Shown piece by piece: positions 34,423 to 47,600 of a DNA stretch of 64,000 nt. Source of the stretch: a virus. The translations under genes were made by a program, and so were the position numbers. The notes beneath the pieces were generated by a model. That model was not told the DNA's origin, did not search any database, and saw only the letters and a program-made list of their open reading frames with translations. The stretch spans positions 1-64,000 of IMG/VR virus record IMGVR_UViG_3300029319_000016, one strand, 5' to 3'. The stretch's first letter is position 1; every line of letters begins with the position of its first letter.

Positions 34423-35379
34423 TTATGATTTATATTTAACAAAACGAACAGGCAAGTCTACTGTATAACCTGTTGTTATTCCTGTAACCCTTACAATACT
34501 ATCAATGTGATATACCTCAGATGAACCATTACCCCTATTGTCTAGTCTTGAAGTGCTTCCAAGTTCTGTAAATAAGTAGTTACTGGTATTTAAATCCAAA
34601 GATGCTCTAATTTTAAACTCTAAAATAGTTCCTCTAGGTCCGGCAATTACTTGACCAGATCCACTAGAACTAGCTGCATCAGTAGTATTAGAGTTGAGAC
34701 TAAACATTGTGCTTTGTACATCAGTAATAGTATAGAAAGCAATGTCGTCATCATCAACATAGTCAAAGGAAATGGCTGATCCGTTTTTATCAGCAATAGA
34801 TCCAAATCTGTTGTCAATTTGTATTGTATAACCGCTTTCAAACATGTCTTCAGGCAATCTAGTCGCATAACTTAGAGCAGTAGTATCTAAGCCCTGATCA
34901 AGTCTTATCATTCCACCATCAGATAATGATGCTCCAAAAAGAATACCATTAACTAAATTACCATTGGTAAAACCAATACCTACTTGTGTAGCATCTAAAG
35001 AATTATCATCTTCTGTTATTCTATCAACAGCAACAATAAAAGAGCCACTAGAGTGCATCTTTGTTGAATTGGAGCTTTCGTTTAACTTAATAACAGGTAG
35101 GTACAATAACCCCAAGTCATCATATGTCACTAGCTTAGATTTCATAGAAATAGCATTGTCTGTGAAGGCTTCTAAAATTGGTGTTTGTAAAATCTCCAAA
35201 TCATAATAAGCAGATCCATTTGCATTTGAGCTATCATATAAAGAGTAGTCTATTTCTTCATCTCCAAGTGCGAATTTTACTATCCTAAAAGTTCCATCAC
35301 CTCTAGATAAAACTTTTCTGCCGTGGTCAGTTAAAACAGCGTCTAAGATTATATCACCCGAATTATCTAAAAAACCCAT
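34423..35379 (-). CDS. Putative baseplate structural protein
   Basis: N-terminus MGFLDNSGDIILDAVLTDHGRKVLSRG...FALGDEEIDY is related to that of 40593-41699. Confidence 0.6.
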   Translation of the reverse strand: MGFLDNSGDIILDAVLTDHGRKVLSRGDGTFRIVKFALGDEEIDYSLYDSSNANGSAYYDLEILQTPILEAFTDNAISMKSKLVTYDDLGLLYLPVIKLNESSNSTKMHSSGSFIVAVDRITEDDNSLDATQVGIGFTNGNLVNGILFGASLSDGGMIRLDQGLDTTALSYATRLPEDMFESGYTIQIDNRFGSIADKNGSAISFDYVDDDDIAFYTITDVQSTMFSLNSNTTDAASSSGSGQVIAGPRGTILEFKIRASLDLNTSNYLFTELGSTSRLDNRGNGSSEVYHIDSIVRVTGITTGYTVDLPVRFVKYKS

Positions 35380-35417
35380 TTTTTATCTCCTAATTTGTAA
35401 ATAACTAGTTAATTACA

Positions 35418-37511
35418 TTAATTTTTCTTTAAAAGAAATCTTACATTTAAATCTAATTTCCTGCCTGTATCGTTAGATACAATTCTTATTTTAAATTTTT
35501 CACCTGTTTCTTTTATGGTTCCGTTCTCATTGATAACTGTCCAAATTTTATTTCCAACAGTATCTAGACCAAGAGTCGGTAATTCTTGATTTAAATAAGG
35601 AAACAATCCAGCAACATCAGAAACATCTCCAGTAAAAAGAGGTTGTGACAAATTTGGATTTTTATATTCCTCGGGTGTGTCATCAAAAAATATTACCTCG
35701 TCTTGATTGTATTCATCCTTATAGAAGCCAGTTGTGACATAAACACCATTATCATCTTTAAAACCAACAGTTGAGTACATTTTATCTTCAATAATCACGG
35801 TGATAGGTTCTTTTGTGTTAATTGTTGTTTCTAGCAAATTACTTGAATCGAAAGTAGTTTGATTACTTGAAGGTATTATTTGTAACATTCTCATCATTGA
35901 TTTGAAAGGTTTATATTTATCTTTAGCCAAGTTTGCAAAATTAACAATCTTCATGTTTAAAAAAACTTCATCAGCATCTTCAAACAACTCTACCTCATAA
36001 ATGTCTGTTGGGTTGGATGGGTACTCATAAAAATTAATCGCCCTAAAGACATAGTAATATTTTTTAAAAGGAATTAGCTCATCTATATGAACCAATTGAG
36101 TTCCAACAAATGAAGTTTTAACAACAGGAGAAACATTGATATCTTGATAGTTTCCTTGAGGTTGTGAAGACATTTTATAAATTTCAAATTTTCCTTTTTG
36201 ACTTTCATAAACAAAAGAAGGTTTGCTTTTCATAATGTCAAAACTGTTTTTTCTACTTAGCCACTCATCTTTTGTTTCATTATTAGTAGAACCATCTGCA
36301 TTCATTTGAACAAAATCTTGAAATCCATTGTAATAGTACTTTCCATTTTCTGAATTTTTGTTTAAATTTAATAAAATTTTTATTTTATATTTGTTTAAAT
36401 CATCCTTATAGGTTTCAAAACTAACATCTGGAACTGGTAAACTAGGTTGTGTAATTTTTAGCGTTTGTATAAAGATAGGCTCAGTGCTCTTAGAAATAAA
36501 AACTGAAAAGTTTTTACTAATGATTCTCCAACTGTAAATTTTATAAGTATATTGTTTTTCTACTTTTACTTGTGTATCATAAAAAGACCAGCTTGATGCC
36601 TCATCTGTTAAAAAAGAAGTATAAAATGTTTGTATTACATTATCATTCTGATCGCATTTTAAAATTTCAAAAAACAAATCTTCGTCTTTTTCTGTATTGA
36701 ATAGTGGGCTATTATTAGCATCAGCAATTATTGTATAAAGATCGTCTCCATCCCATAAGTCATCACCATTCACACCTTCAGGTCTATCTTGTATTGATAA
36801 AGGACAACAAGAGTTTATGGGATTATCATAAGCATCATCAAAAGTTTCATAAAACAAATCATCACTTGTTATTCTATTAAATGCAATGCTTTCTGATTCT
36901 ACACCACTTGGCAAACCATCGAATTTTTGGTTAATTTTATCGTATTTTTCAATAATACTTTTTACAAAAAAAGGAAACACACCCCTATTCTCAGGTCTTC
37001 CAAAATTATTTATTAGTTTTTTTAAATAACCTTGACTAAGAGGTTTAACAGTACTATTGAGTGTTATTTTAACTGCTTGAGGGTGATAACCAGAAATTTC
37101 ATCTGTTCCTTTCCCACCCCTAAAATACTTTTCTTGGGACATAACCGAATCATCAAAGTAAAAAATTGATTGCATTCTTGATTGTCCATCTTCGGGTCGA
37201 CTCACATAAGAGTTGTTTATAAAACTTGGTCTTTTTGATTTATCATCAGACTCTGGTGCGAACTCTTGTGTAAAGTTTTCAATTGTATCTGGAAACGCCT
37301 CTGCGCTTGATTCTGTGGAATCAGGATCTTCTCGTGATGCTCTGTCATATTCAACATAACCATTGACCATGTTTAATTCATTTCTTTGATTATATTCATC
37401 AGCTATGTAGTTAAAAAATGGATTTATTGAAACTGTGTATTTATATTCATCTGAGCCCTCAGTTCCCACTAGAACTGCTTTATCCCAAATGTTATGAAGT
37501 TTGGTTGACAT
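35418..37511 (-). CDS. Hypothetical protein, probably structural (beta-sandwich/FN3-like segments)
   Basis: 697 aa. Contains FYDTQVKVEKQYTYKI and KKYYYVFRAIN...SNPT. Confidence 0.55.
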   Translation of the reverse strand: MSTKLHNIWDKAVLVGTEGSDEYKYTVSINPFFNYIADEYNQRNELNMVNGYVEYDRASREDPDSTESSAEAFPDTIENFTQEFAPESDDKSKRPSFINNSYVSRPEDGQSRMQSIFYFDDSVMSQEKYFRGGKGTDEISGYHPQAVKITLNSTVKPLSQGYLKKLINNFGRPENRGVFPFFVKSIIEKYDKINQKFDGLPSGVESESIAFNRITSDDLFYETFDDAYDNPINSCCPLSIQDRPEGVNGDDLWDGDDLYTIIADANNSPLFNTEKDEDLFFEILKCDQNDNVIQTFYTSFLTDEASSWSFYDTQVKVEKQYTYKIYSWRIISKNFSVFISKSTEPIFIQTLKITQPSLPVPDVSFETYKDDLNKYKIKILLNLNKNSENGKYYYNGFQDFVQMNADGSTNNETKDEWLSRKNSFDIMKSKPSFVYESQKGKFEIYKMSSQPQGNYQDINVSPVVKTSFVGTQLVHIDELIPFKKYYYVFRAINFYEYPSNPTDIYEVELFEDADEVFLNMKIVNFANLAKDKYKPFKSMMRMLQIIPSSNQTTFDSSNLLETTINTKEPITVIIEDKMYSTVGFKDDNGVYVTTGFYKDEYNQDEVIFFDDTPEEYKNPNLSQPLFTGDVSDVAGLFPYLNQELPTLGLDTVGNKIWTVINENGTIKETGEKFKIRIVSNDTGRKLDLNVRFLLKKN

Positions 37512-40500
37512 TAATATCCTCCCCCTCTGCTAGGCCCTCGACCTCTTGAAGGACCTCTTGAGGGTCCTCTTCTAGGTCCTTGACCTCTTGAAGGTCCTCT
37601 TCTACCCCTGTTTCTAGAGGATCTTTCTCTATTATCAGAAGGTCTATTTGTACTTCTAGCATTACTAGGAGGTGGTCTTGATGGTGGTGGAACAGATGTT
37701 GTAGTAGCTTGTTCAATCTCATTATCTTGTTTCTTGTTTTGTATTTTTGAAAAGAATGTTGATTTAATGCTGCTAACTTTTTTTGGTTTTAGTTTAGAAA
37801 TATAAGCATTTTTATCTTTAATTGATTTTGGTGGCTTTGTTTTATTTAACATAACTTCTAAATTATTTTCAATTCTTCTATTTCTTCTATTTCTAGGATT
37901 CTTTCGTCTTCTTCTGTTTATTCTTCTGGCTCGCTTTTTTGCTACAGATGATCTACGACTCGTTGGTCTTTTTGATAATGCTTTTAAAACCATAGGTTGT
38001 CTATAACTATTTTCTACAAAAAACAAATTTTTAGCAAATTCGTATTCATAAAAATCTTGTATGTTATAGAGACGATAAAAAGAATTAAATGCTTGCATGT
38101 TCATAGGATTCGAATCAACTCTGTTACTAGAAGTTCGGTTATAATTATTAGGATAAATTACAAAATAAGAGTTGACAACGCCATAATCTTCAAATTGATT
38201 AGATGGCGAGTTGAAACTTGGATCATAATGTTCAAACATTCTACACACTATAGGGCTAGTTAGTTCTGCTAAAACATCAGTTGTTAAATCTTGATATTGT
38301 ACATTACCAATGCCTTGCTCTGTGTCTATTGTATAATATTTTACTCGTTGTAAATTAAAAAACATTGCATCTTTAGTATATTGTTTTTCATAAAAAAACT
38401 CTTGGAGTTCTCCAACAATAGGCAATGCAACATCAGGGTTTAATAGAAAAACATGTTGAATTGGTAACTCACTAAACTCTGATTCTGTTTTACTTTGTAA
38501 AACTGCACTGTTTCTATTTAGAATAGAAAATCTGTTGGAACCTCTAGATGCCACTAGTGCTTTTCTCATTGCCTTGGCGATAGGTACTGGTCTACTATCT
38601 TTATCTAAAGCTTTTTCTTCAGGTTCATCAAATATGTTTGTGTTCTCACCTAGCAAGTTATCTTCAAAATTATATTCTTCCCTAAATCTTTCAGCCCTAA
38701 TGTTTTCTCCAAATAACGCACTAAGTTCACTTTCTCCTAGCAAAAGAGAATCAGCAAATTTTCCTAGAGCTTCTTCGTTAATTTGTGATAAATTTTTTAA
38801 AATAAACTTGTCTCTTCCTTTTGTTATTTCGCTTGGGCTTAATGTTGCATGTTCTACAAACCTAGTATCATCATTCGTGTTTAAAAAGTTTTCATTAGAA
38901 AATCTTCTTTTTTCATTTTCTAAAATTCTAACAAACTGTGAAACGTTAAAAAAATTAGTATACATTTCGGCGCGATTGTTACTTTTTAAATAATTTTTAA
39001 ATTTTTTATTAATTTTTAAATTAACTCTATATCTTTTTCTAGATGATGGAAAACTAATTCTTGTTCTGTTTGTGTTTCTTCCATAAGAATAACTTCCTCT
39101 ACCTGTAGAAAGACCATACATTCTTGACATTTTTTTAATTATTTTCATACATAAAAACAATAAACCGTTTAAAGATTCAAACGTACAAGTCTTGGGAGAT
39201 CCCATCGCACTAAGGTTTCTTATTATTTCAACCTCATTGGCTGAGTCTTTTCCACAAACTACATGAATTCCTTCTATTAAAGTTTTAATACAAGTTGACC
39301 ATGGTGCTATTTTTGTTCGCTTGTCAAAACTAGATACTATTTTATCTCTATTATAGGTTCTTGTAGTTCTATCAAAATACTGATCGCTTAAAATAATAGA
39401 ACTTATTTTTTTTAAATAAGCGGCGGTTTGAGCTTTCATTCTAGTAACCAAATCATTTAAATATCTTTTTATGGGGTTATCTGTTTGCACTCTAATTTCC
39501 AAATCTCTCATTCTTCTATTTTCAAAAACACAATCAGCAGAATAAATAAATCTTTCGTTTGACATTTTTATGTTTTTAATTTTTGCAAATGCTGTTCTGT
39601 TGAAGTTAATTTTGTCTCCACTAGACCTAGTATAAATTATTGGTCTTCCGTTTGAAAAGACTTCTAATTTTTTTATTTGTACATCTTGGAATTTATCTAA
39701 AATTTCAGGATATATGGAATTTAGTATCAAAGCTTCTTTAGAATTTTGAATTAAAATTTCTCTAGCATTTATTGAAAAAATAGCTCCTATTTTTCCATTT
39801 TCTAATTGAGTTGTTTCTAAAGGTGAAAAGATCTTTCTATTATCTTTTGGAATTTGTTTTATTTGTTTTTGATTAAAGAGAAACTTAAACCTATAATCTT
39901 TTGTTTTTAAGTTGTAAACATTGGTAGTATCTAAAGCACCATGGCTAATGTTATTAAAATGAAAAGAATTTTCCATGTAACCTCTACGATGCTGATGGAC
40001 AGCACTTGGCCAAACTTCCTTAGTGTTTTTTTTCAAAAACAATGATGTGTTTAGAGGTATTTCATTATCTTTAAAGACCATTTCAACTATTGTTGGTCCA
40101 AATTTTTCTTTTGTATTAGATTGTTTTTTAGAAAGACAAGCAAATACAGCTAAGTGACCTTTTGTTGAAATTTTTTCAATTTTAATAAATTTATTAATTT
40201 TTTGCAAAGTGTTTAATTTCAAATATTTACCATGGTCTTCATCATTCAATGTTATTTCTATAAACTGATTATTGGAGTTTTGTAGTAATCTTTGTAGTCT
40301 AGGTTTGGTAAAAATTATATTATTTTGTCTCAAATTCTCAGTTGTTGCATGGTCAGTTGAAACAAAAATTTTTATTTGATTAACAGAATTTTTGTTATTA
40401 AAATAAGGTCTTCCTGAAAAATTTAAAGAATTAAAGATAGAAAAATTTATTAAAAGATTAACAGTTTCTTTATCTTGTAATCTAAGTGTTTGTGTTCTTG

Positions 40501-40579
40501 AAGCAGGAAAGACACCTATAGAAGTAATATAGAGGTTTGGTACATTTTCTCTTCCTATAATGTTTAAATCAAAAGCCAT
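37511..40579 (-). CDS. Large basic hypothetical protein with an Arg-rich, RGPS-repeat C-terminal tail
   Basis: 1022 aa. Tail reads RGRRGPSRGQGPRRGPSRGPSRGRGPSRGGGY. Confidence 0.65.
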   Translation of the reverse strand: MAFDLNIIGRENVPNLYITSIGVFPASRTQTLRLQDKETVNLLINFSIFNSLNFSGRPYFNNKNSVNQIKIFVSTDHATTENLRQNNIIFTKPRLQRLLQNSNNQFIEITLNDEDHGKYLKLNTLQKINKFIKIEKISTKGHLAVFACLSKKQSNTKEKFGPTIVEMVFKDNEIPLNTSLFLKKNTKEVWPSAVHQHRRGYMENSFHFNNISHGALDTTNVYNLKTKDYRFKFLFNQKQIKQIPKDNRKIFSPLETTQLENGKIGAIFSINAREILIQNSKEALILNSIYPEILDKFQDVQIKKLEVFSNGRPIIYTRSSGDKINFNRTAFAKIKNIKMSNERFIYSADCVFENRRMRDLEIRVQTDNPIKRYLNDLVTRMKAQTAAYLKKISSIILSDQYFDRTTRTYNRDKIVSSFDKRTKIAPWSTCIKTLIEGIHVVCGKDSANEVEIIRNLSAMGSPKTCTFESLNGLLFLCMKIIKKMSRMYGLSTGRGSYSYGRNTNRTRISFPSSRKRYRVNLKINKKFKNYLKSNNRAEMYTNFFNVSQFVRILENEKRRFSNENFLNTNDDTRFVEHATLSPSEITKGRDKFILKNLSQINEEALGKFADSLLLGESELSALFGENIRAERFREEYNFEDNLLGENTNIFDEPEEKALDKDSRPVPIAKAMRKALVASRGSNRFSILNRNSAVLQSKTESEFSELPIQHVFLLNPDVALPIVGELQEFFYEKQYTKDAMFFNLQRVKYYTIDTEQGIGNVQYQDLTTDVLAELTSPIVCRMFEHYDPSFNSPSNQFEDYGVVNSYFVIYPNNYNRTSSNRVDSNPMNMQAFNSFYRLYNIQDFYEYEFAKNLFFVENSYRQPMVLKALSKRPTSRRSSVAKKRARRINRRRRKNPRNRRNRRIENNLEVMLNKTKPPKSIKDKNAYISKLKPKKVSSIKSTFFSKIQNKKQDNEIEQATTTSVPPPSRPPPSNARSTNRPSDNRERSSRNRGRRGPSRGQGPRRGPSRGPSRGRGPSRGGGY

Positions 40580-40592
40580 TTTTTAGTCCTTA

Positions 40593-41699
40593 TTAACATT
40601 GTTCATCTGGGTCTTCACAAGCTTCACCACTTGGTAAAATTGTCTGTACTGCTGATTCTAGATCAACATCAGGACACTTAATTTTTAAATCATCTATCAG
40701 TTTGTTTGTTGAATCTAGTTTGCTCAATACTTTACAAATATCTTTTTCTGGTATTTCTTTATCAACTCTTAAGTCAAAATAATATTCCACTGTTGATGCG
40801 TCTGGTTCTAGAGTTGTAGAAAAAGGGTTTTCAAATAAAATGTCTTTTTCAATTTTATAAGCTGATACTTCTTCTACCACTTTGTTTAAAAACTTTAATG
40901 GTTTATAAGTATTTGTAAACCCACTTTCATTTTTATCATATTTAAAAACTTGTATTTGAAATGAATCTTTTTTTATAAACCCATTTTCTTCTAAAATTAA
41001 AGATAAAATTTGATCTTCGGTTATGTTTAGATAAGTATCATCTCCATAAACTATTATAGGTTCTAAGTTTGGACTGTAATTAGCAGTTTCAACATCTTGG
41101 TCGTAAGACTCTCCAACAATTTTTACTTGAGTTTCCCATTCTATATCAATTTCTAATTGCGGAATGTGTATAACAGATGCTGATGGTGATGGAGCATACA
41201 AATTATTAGATGGAATAGATGAAGTATAGTTTGTAGAAATTTCTGGTTTTATTTCAGCAGCAAACATTTTCAAGTCCCAACTTGGTGAATGCGATGATCC
41301 CACTTTTGATGACCCTAGAGTGTTTTGCAAAAACTTAGTATTCATGTCAGAAACAGGTCTATATTGGGTATCATAAACATTTTTGTAGGTTTCAGTAGTT
41401 TCAGCAGTTTCTTCTGTATTGTTTACCAATAAGATTGAAGAGTCGGCTAATTCGGTCTCAACTGATAACATTGTATACTGAGGTTTTAAAGAGGGAGTGT
41501 TGTTTATTATTCTATCTTTTATTTCAGAATTATACTCATCGTCTAAGTCTCCGACAGTTTGCTGTTTTATGTTGTAGACAACATCATCATCTAAAAAAGA
41601 ATAAAATTTAGGCATTAACTTGCCTCTGGACAGTAAATGTCTTCCATAGGGTGTAAGTTTTATATCTAAAACATCTTCTTTTTTATCAAAATAGCTCAT
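40593..41699 (-). CDS. Putative baseplate structural protein
   Basis: N-terminus MSYFDKKEDVLDIKLTPYGRHLLSRG...FLDDDVVY is related to 34423-35379. Confidence 0.6.
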   Translation of the reverse strand: MSYFDKKEDVLDIKLTPYGRHLLSRGKLMPKFYSFLDDDVVYNIKQQTVGDLDDEYNSEIKDRIINNTPSLKPQYTMLSVETELADSSILLVNNTEETAETTETYKNVYDTQYRPVSDMNTKFLQNTLGSSKVGSSHSPSWDLKMFAAEIKPEISTNYTSSIPSNNLYAPSPSASVIHIPQLEIDIEWETQVKIVGESYDQDVETANYSPNLEPIIVYGDDTYLNITEDQILSLILEENGFIKKDSFQIQVFKYDKNESGFTNTYKPLKFLNKVVEEVSAYKIEKDILFENPFSTTLEPDASTVEYYFDLRVDKEIPEKDICKVLSKLDSTNKLIDDLKIKCPDVDLESAVQTILPSGEACEDPDEQC

Positions 41700-44600
41700 T
41701 ACGATTTAACAATTGGTGGTGTAGGAAACAGGATAGTGTCATTTAGTCGTTGACTTTCGCCACTGTCTACGTTTCCAAATTCCACTTCTGCGTCTATTTT
41801 AATTAGTTCTATAAGAGAAAAGAAATCATAAGGCCAATTGTAAGCTAATTTTTGTTTTCGACCCGTGGCAGTAGCAACAATCTCATCACTAGAAACGTCC
41901 GCACCAGACTCATTTCTTTCAAACATTTTTTCAAAATAATTGTTTCTAGCTCTCTTTTTAACCTTAAATACCATCCATTGTAAATCTGTATTAATGTCAG
42001 ATAGTCTTGTTATTTTTTGTAAATCACCTTGATTATTCAAGATAGCTCCTCTTCCAAAAAATTCTTGAGAGAACAAATCGTGTGAAAATGTAGATGTAAC
42101 GACCTCTTGCTTGTTACCAATTGAAGGTGGTAAGTTTTGCCAGATATCTGCAAGGTCTTGTTTTGACAATTTATGAGAAAACTCAAATACATACATAACA
42201 ACAGGATCTACATCTTTAAAAGAGACAAAATCAAATTGTGGAGGGAAAACATATTTTCTTAATTGTTTAACTAAGTCTGAAATTGTATCGCCTACTTTAC
42301 TTTCTTGATTATTTAAAGCTGCTTCTACATCTTTTTTGTTAATTTTAAAAAATCTATTTTTACTACGGTCGGCTACAAAAGGAATCGCAACAACAGCTTC
42401 TTCAATTATTTTAGATTCTTTTATCTCTCCAACTCTAACTGGATCAGTAGAAAAACCACATAGATTCAATAATGATCCTGTTGCATCAAAATCTCTATTA
42501 AGAGCACCTTCAGTCCAATTTCTTGGTACTTCTTCTACTTGTATGAAGATACCTTCATCTGTACTTTGAGGAAGTCTACCGTATTGATGCCACATACCAA
42601 TTGGAACAGAACTTGTTGCAATGTTTGGCATGGTTATTGTATCATGTGAATGATGATTAAAATTCAATGTTGGGCATTCAAATTTTGACTGCATTATCCA
42701 TCTATATTTGTTTTCAAATTGGGTGTCAACTGTAACATTGCGAGCATTCGTTATGTCTTGTCTTAGAACACCTTTTGAGAATATATTCATAGATGAAGCA
42801 ATTTGCATAGCCATGTCATTATTTACAACAGTAGAGACATCAAACGGCTCAACACCGCTTATAATTCCTCCGACAGTTCTAGTACTATTTGCTCCGTCAA
42901 CACCTGTTGCTGCGTCTACTAGAGGACCAAAATCGTGAGTAAATCTAGCTGACTCGTCAGCTTCCATTACAACAAGAAAGTCTGGTGATACAGTTGTACT
43001 ATCAACAGTGGCAGAATATCCATCAACACTATTTAAAAGAGTTGCTAAGTTAGTTGCAAATAGTTCTTTAGTCAAGGTAGATGTCAAGCCAACATAAGCT
43101 TGCCCTGAAGTGAAAGTGGCTTGAGAAGTTATGGTATTAGAGCCGGTAACTCCTAGGAACAAAGATCCATTAGATGCCGTTATTCCTATTGTTTGTCCAT
43201 TAGTTATGACACCATCAATTTTAATTTTTAATTGCGCTTTGGTACTACTTGAAACAACAAACTGACTTGATCCTGAATTATAATATCTACAAAATTCAAC
43301 AGAAGAATTGTTTATAATTTCTGGTAGTGTATATTTTTTGGTTCCCTCGGGTGGAACAAAGGTGATGTCAGCCCATGCTTCTCCATGATAATAGGGAGGA
43401 GTAAATGGGTAATTGAACCCATTATTAGCACCAGAAGATGTAACATCAGTATAGGTTGAGCCGGTTTTATAAGAAAAATCCACAGAATTTTCTTTTTTAA
43501 AGACATTCCAGTTTTTAGTTTTAAAAAATGAACTGGAAAAGTGTGTAGGCGGTCCGAACGCAGAGGGTCTGGAATACATGGTAAATCCTTCACCCATGTT
43601 TCCTGTATCTTGTGGTACACCAAACTTTATACCATTATTAGCTTCTTGTGGTGATTTACTACCTGTAATTGTTCTATACATTTTTAGTCGTAACGAATAT
43701 ACTTTATCACCTTCAGCGTTTCCAAAGTTTGGATCACCTTGTGGTAGGGAAGTTATTGTAGTGTAGTTTTCATTTTCTAAAAAGAAATCTCCAACCTCAG
43801 CTAGAAAATTATTCATCTGTAATTTATAGTTATTATCACCTTGTCCATTCCATAAAACTTCTGTTTGTGTATTGCCTAAGGAATCTGGTTCATTTGAAAA
43901 TAATGAAATATTTGCCAAGTGTTTTTCTGGTTCTACTAAAGCCTCAAATGGTATTCTTTGGTCAAATCGATCGTTTATATAAAATTCAATGTTATCATCT
44001 GTAGCGGTTGTCATGGAAGAAGTAATTACTGGATAGTCACAAGCTATACCTGATTTTATTGTATTAAACAGAACGCCTGGTCCAAATAAAGGATTTAGTA
44101 AATACTGTGTTGGATAGTTGTTGCCTATAACGTATTGTCCCAAATAATCACCAGAACTCGTTATAGTTAGGTTAGAACCATAAGATGAATAAAATTGTTT
44201 AGCTATTTGAACTGTTCTTTGAGCAGGATAAAAACCGTCATAAGGTAAAAACTTTTTTATCGCTTTGCAGCTTAAAGTTATTCTATAAGGATCAAAAAGT
44301 TTACTATGGTCTCTTTTCACTACATCAAACATTTTTAAAAACTCAGTATTAGAATAAGTTTTATAAAAATTATCCTGAGAGCTGTTCTTAAGAGTCTCTA
44401 ACCCTCCAGATAACTCAATAAAATTGTTCTTAGCATCTAACGGACCGTGAGACAAAAAGAAATCTAAGTGGTCGTTAATCCTAAATTCTGGAACGATGGA
44501 ATAGTCTTTACCTACTCCTCTAACTTCTTCCATAAATTCACCATAAGTGTCATAGAAAGGTTTTTTAGAACTACTAACAAAGTTTCCATTTTCATCAAAA

Positions 44601-47600
44601 AACCCAGCTTGATCGCCTGCTTCCCATTTAGCTGTTCCAAGAAACTTGTGTCTACTTATTAAAGGATAAATTGTTCCACCAGACAAATTAGTAAAAAATG
44701 GATTAACTACAGTTGCAGCACCAGTTAAAGAATGTCTTCTAGAATAGAAACAAGATGCAGAAAACTGAGCATCGACAATTGTTGTTTTTGAAAAAGATCT
44801 TGCAAATTGAGAATATGAGTTTTGTAATATACCAGCTCCCTTGAAAGAATTAAAACCAGTTGATCCTCCAATAGGAGAAGCTGCCGCGTCTGGAGACGTA
44901 AAATTTTCTATTGTCTTAGGGGCAGCATCTACACTTTTACTTAAAGTTACCACATAAGTATTGAAATTTGAACCAGGTAAAATACTAAAATTTGCATACG
45001 AACCATTATCTAATCTTAAGCTTTCAGGTACACTATCTACATAGCCATAAATGTTGGCAAAACCTGTTGTATAGTCACCAGAAGAAGAGTAATCGTAATG
45101 AGTTCCATATTGCATGTTAGAAGAAGAAACACCAAATTTCACCGCGTTCTCGCCAAAATCTTCATTTAAGTGTGTTTTTTCAAAATCATACCACAAAATT
45201 GGTCCACTTAACTCAGTTAAGCTTTCGCAAACATTAGAATAGTTTTCAAATCTTAGACCAGTATTTCCATCAGTTTTAGATTCAGTTCCAGTTACGCCTC
45301 CACAAAATCTTTTAACTTTATTATTCATTTGCGTTGTTGACAAACTATTGTGATCAAAACATCCACTTACCACAGCAATGTCTGATATATAAAACTCATT
45401 TAAATATTGTTGAGTTAAATTATTACCAGAACTAAACCAAAAAACATCAGTTGGTATAGAGCCTGTGTCTGCTGCTGTCCATGATGATGCTGTGTATGCT
45501 TGATGTGCTCCGGGGGCAACGTGTCCAGGGCCATTAAAAAATCCCCACTGATCGTTTACAGCACTAGCGGACATAAATTCTCCATTTATAGCTAATTGAA
45601 CTGCTCCAGATGGATTTAAAGTAGCTGCTATCATAGATTGACTTAAAGATAAATAGAAATGCTGTTGTCTTCCCAAAATTGGTTGTAAATAATAAGTACC
45701 ACTACTTTGAGCCCCCACTGGATTATTATCCGTAAAAACATCATCAAAAAAGAATTCAACTGCTCCACTTCTAGGAACATTTCCATAGTGTACTGTTCCG
45801 TCGTTTTTAAACCATTTGGTACCAAGTCTAACCACTAATCTGGGTCTTCCAATGGTAGTGTAGCCAGAGTCAGAAAGCTTAACAGATGATGTGGTATAAT
45901 ATACCTGCCTCCTCAATGCCTTAATGGTGGACAGATTCCCAGAGTAACTAATAGTATCTTCAGATCTTATCCCTGAAAAATCCACGGACGAAGAAATGTC
46001 AAAAAATAGTGTGTGATAAGCATCTGTAGGATAGTTGGCTAAAGAATTCCAGTAGGTTAATCCACAATCCACAGAACATGAAAACCAATGTTGTCTGTAT
46101 GTTTCAGTTAGTCCTGTTGGGGCTGCTGTGTCTCTCCAAATGTTTTGAATTGTTGTAAATCTTCTTGCGTAGTTTGGTGATGGAAGATCTCCGAGATCGC
46201 TAAGATACAAGCCTTTCCTAGTTATTTTGGTTTCAGTAACTTCAACAGAGTCATATGAATATGTCTCTAGAAATGCTCCTTTTATCGCATCCCAATAGGC
46301 CTGAGCTCCTACTAATAAATGACTACCATGGGAACTGAGGATAATGTTACCAATGCTACCTCTCTCAGCAAAATCTACAAAGTTTGTGTCATAGCCTAAG
46401 TCTCCTATTTCTGTAACATTTCCTGCGCCATCTCTATAAGATAAGTAAATACCAGAAGCAGGATAAAAAGGAAAATGAAAACCAAAAGCATCAGCTTTCG
46501 TAGTAGATGCTGTTGCAAATGATGGTCCATAAATTTTAAAAGAACCAGGATTTCCTTGCAAACCTTGATTTTGGAAATCTTTATCTGTATCTAAAACCCA
46601 CATAGACTGTGATGGAATCAAATGTCCAAATCCATTGTTTTGATTTAACTCTACTCTTTCATTTCTATCATCTTTCCAATAACCAGAAATAAAATTTGGT
46701 CTTTGTCTAACATAATTTTTTGTGGCATATAAAGAAGTTGGAAAAATTGTTTGACATAATTTAACACTATCAATACTTTCTATAATTGAATTAGTTGGGT
46801 CTATAGCAGTGTAGAACCTTTTAATATCACTATAATTTTTGTGATTATTTCTCTCTATACCTAATTCTCTATTTAAAAAGTTATTGTGGAAATACTGTAT
46901 TTGACTTTGAAAAGGAGTGGATAAAACAATTTTATCGTCATATTCTTCTTCTCCATCTTTAATCAATATGTTAACAACAGCTTCGAAAGGTTTGTTTTTA
47001 AATGTTATTGGAACTTCATTATAATTTGTTAACTTTCCATATTTGTCAAAATGTGTTGATAAAATTCTTTCATTTCTAATCGTTCTTCTTGCTTGTCCAG
47101 TTTCTGAAACGTGAGAGAAAATACTGTTTTTATTATGAAATCTTGTAATTGGATTTTGATGTGTTCTTATTTGCTTAAATGTTGAATAGCCATAAAGACC
47201 GTTTCTGTGTATGTTTAAAGCTGAAAAATAATCATTGCTCGATATGGTTGCAATTTTTTTGTTTCTTTTTTCAACTAATTTATTTGTTTTTATTATAGAT
47301 GGTGGAAGTCGTGTACCTTCAGTTACTACAGAAACATTTCCAACGATTGCTTTTATTTCTGTCTGCTCTGGCAAATCTTCTCCATCTGATATAAAAGACA
47401 ACTCTTTTTCTGTTCCTAAAAGAAAATATAAAAAAATGTTTGAAGAAACTGAAGTATTTCTAACATCATTAATAAATCCATTTGAATAAATCTCTTGAAC
47501 CTCTTCGTATGAAAGTTTTTTACTAATAAAACACAAGTTTGATAACAATCCATGAAAGCCATTATATCCAGTAGGAATTGTTCCTATATTGATACTATCT

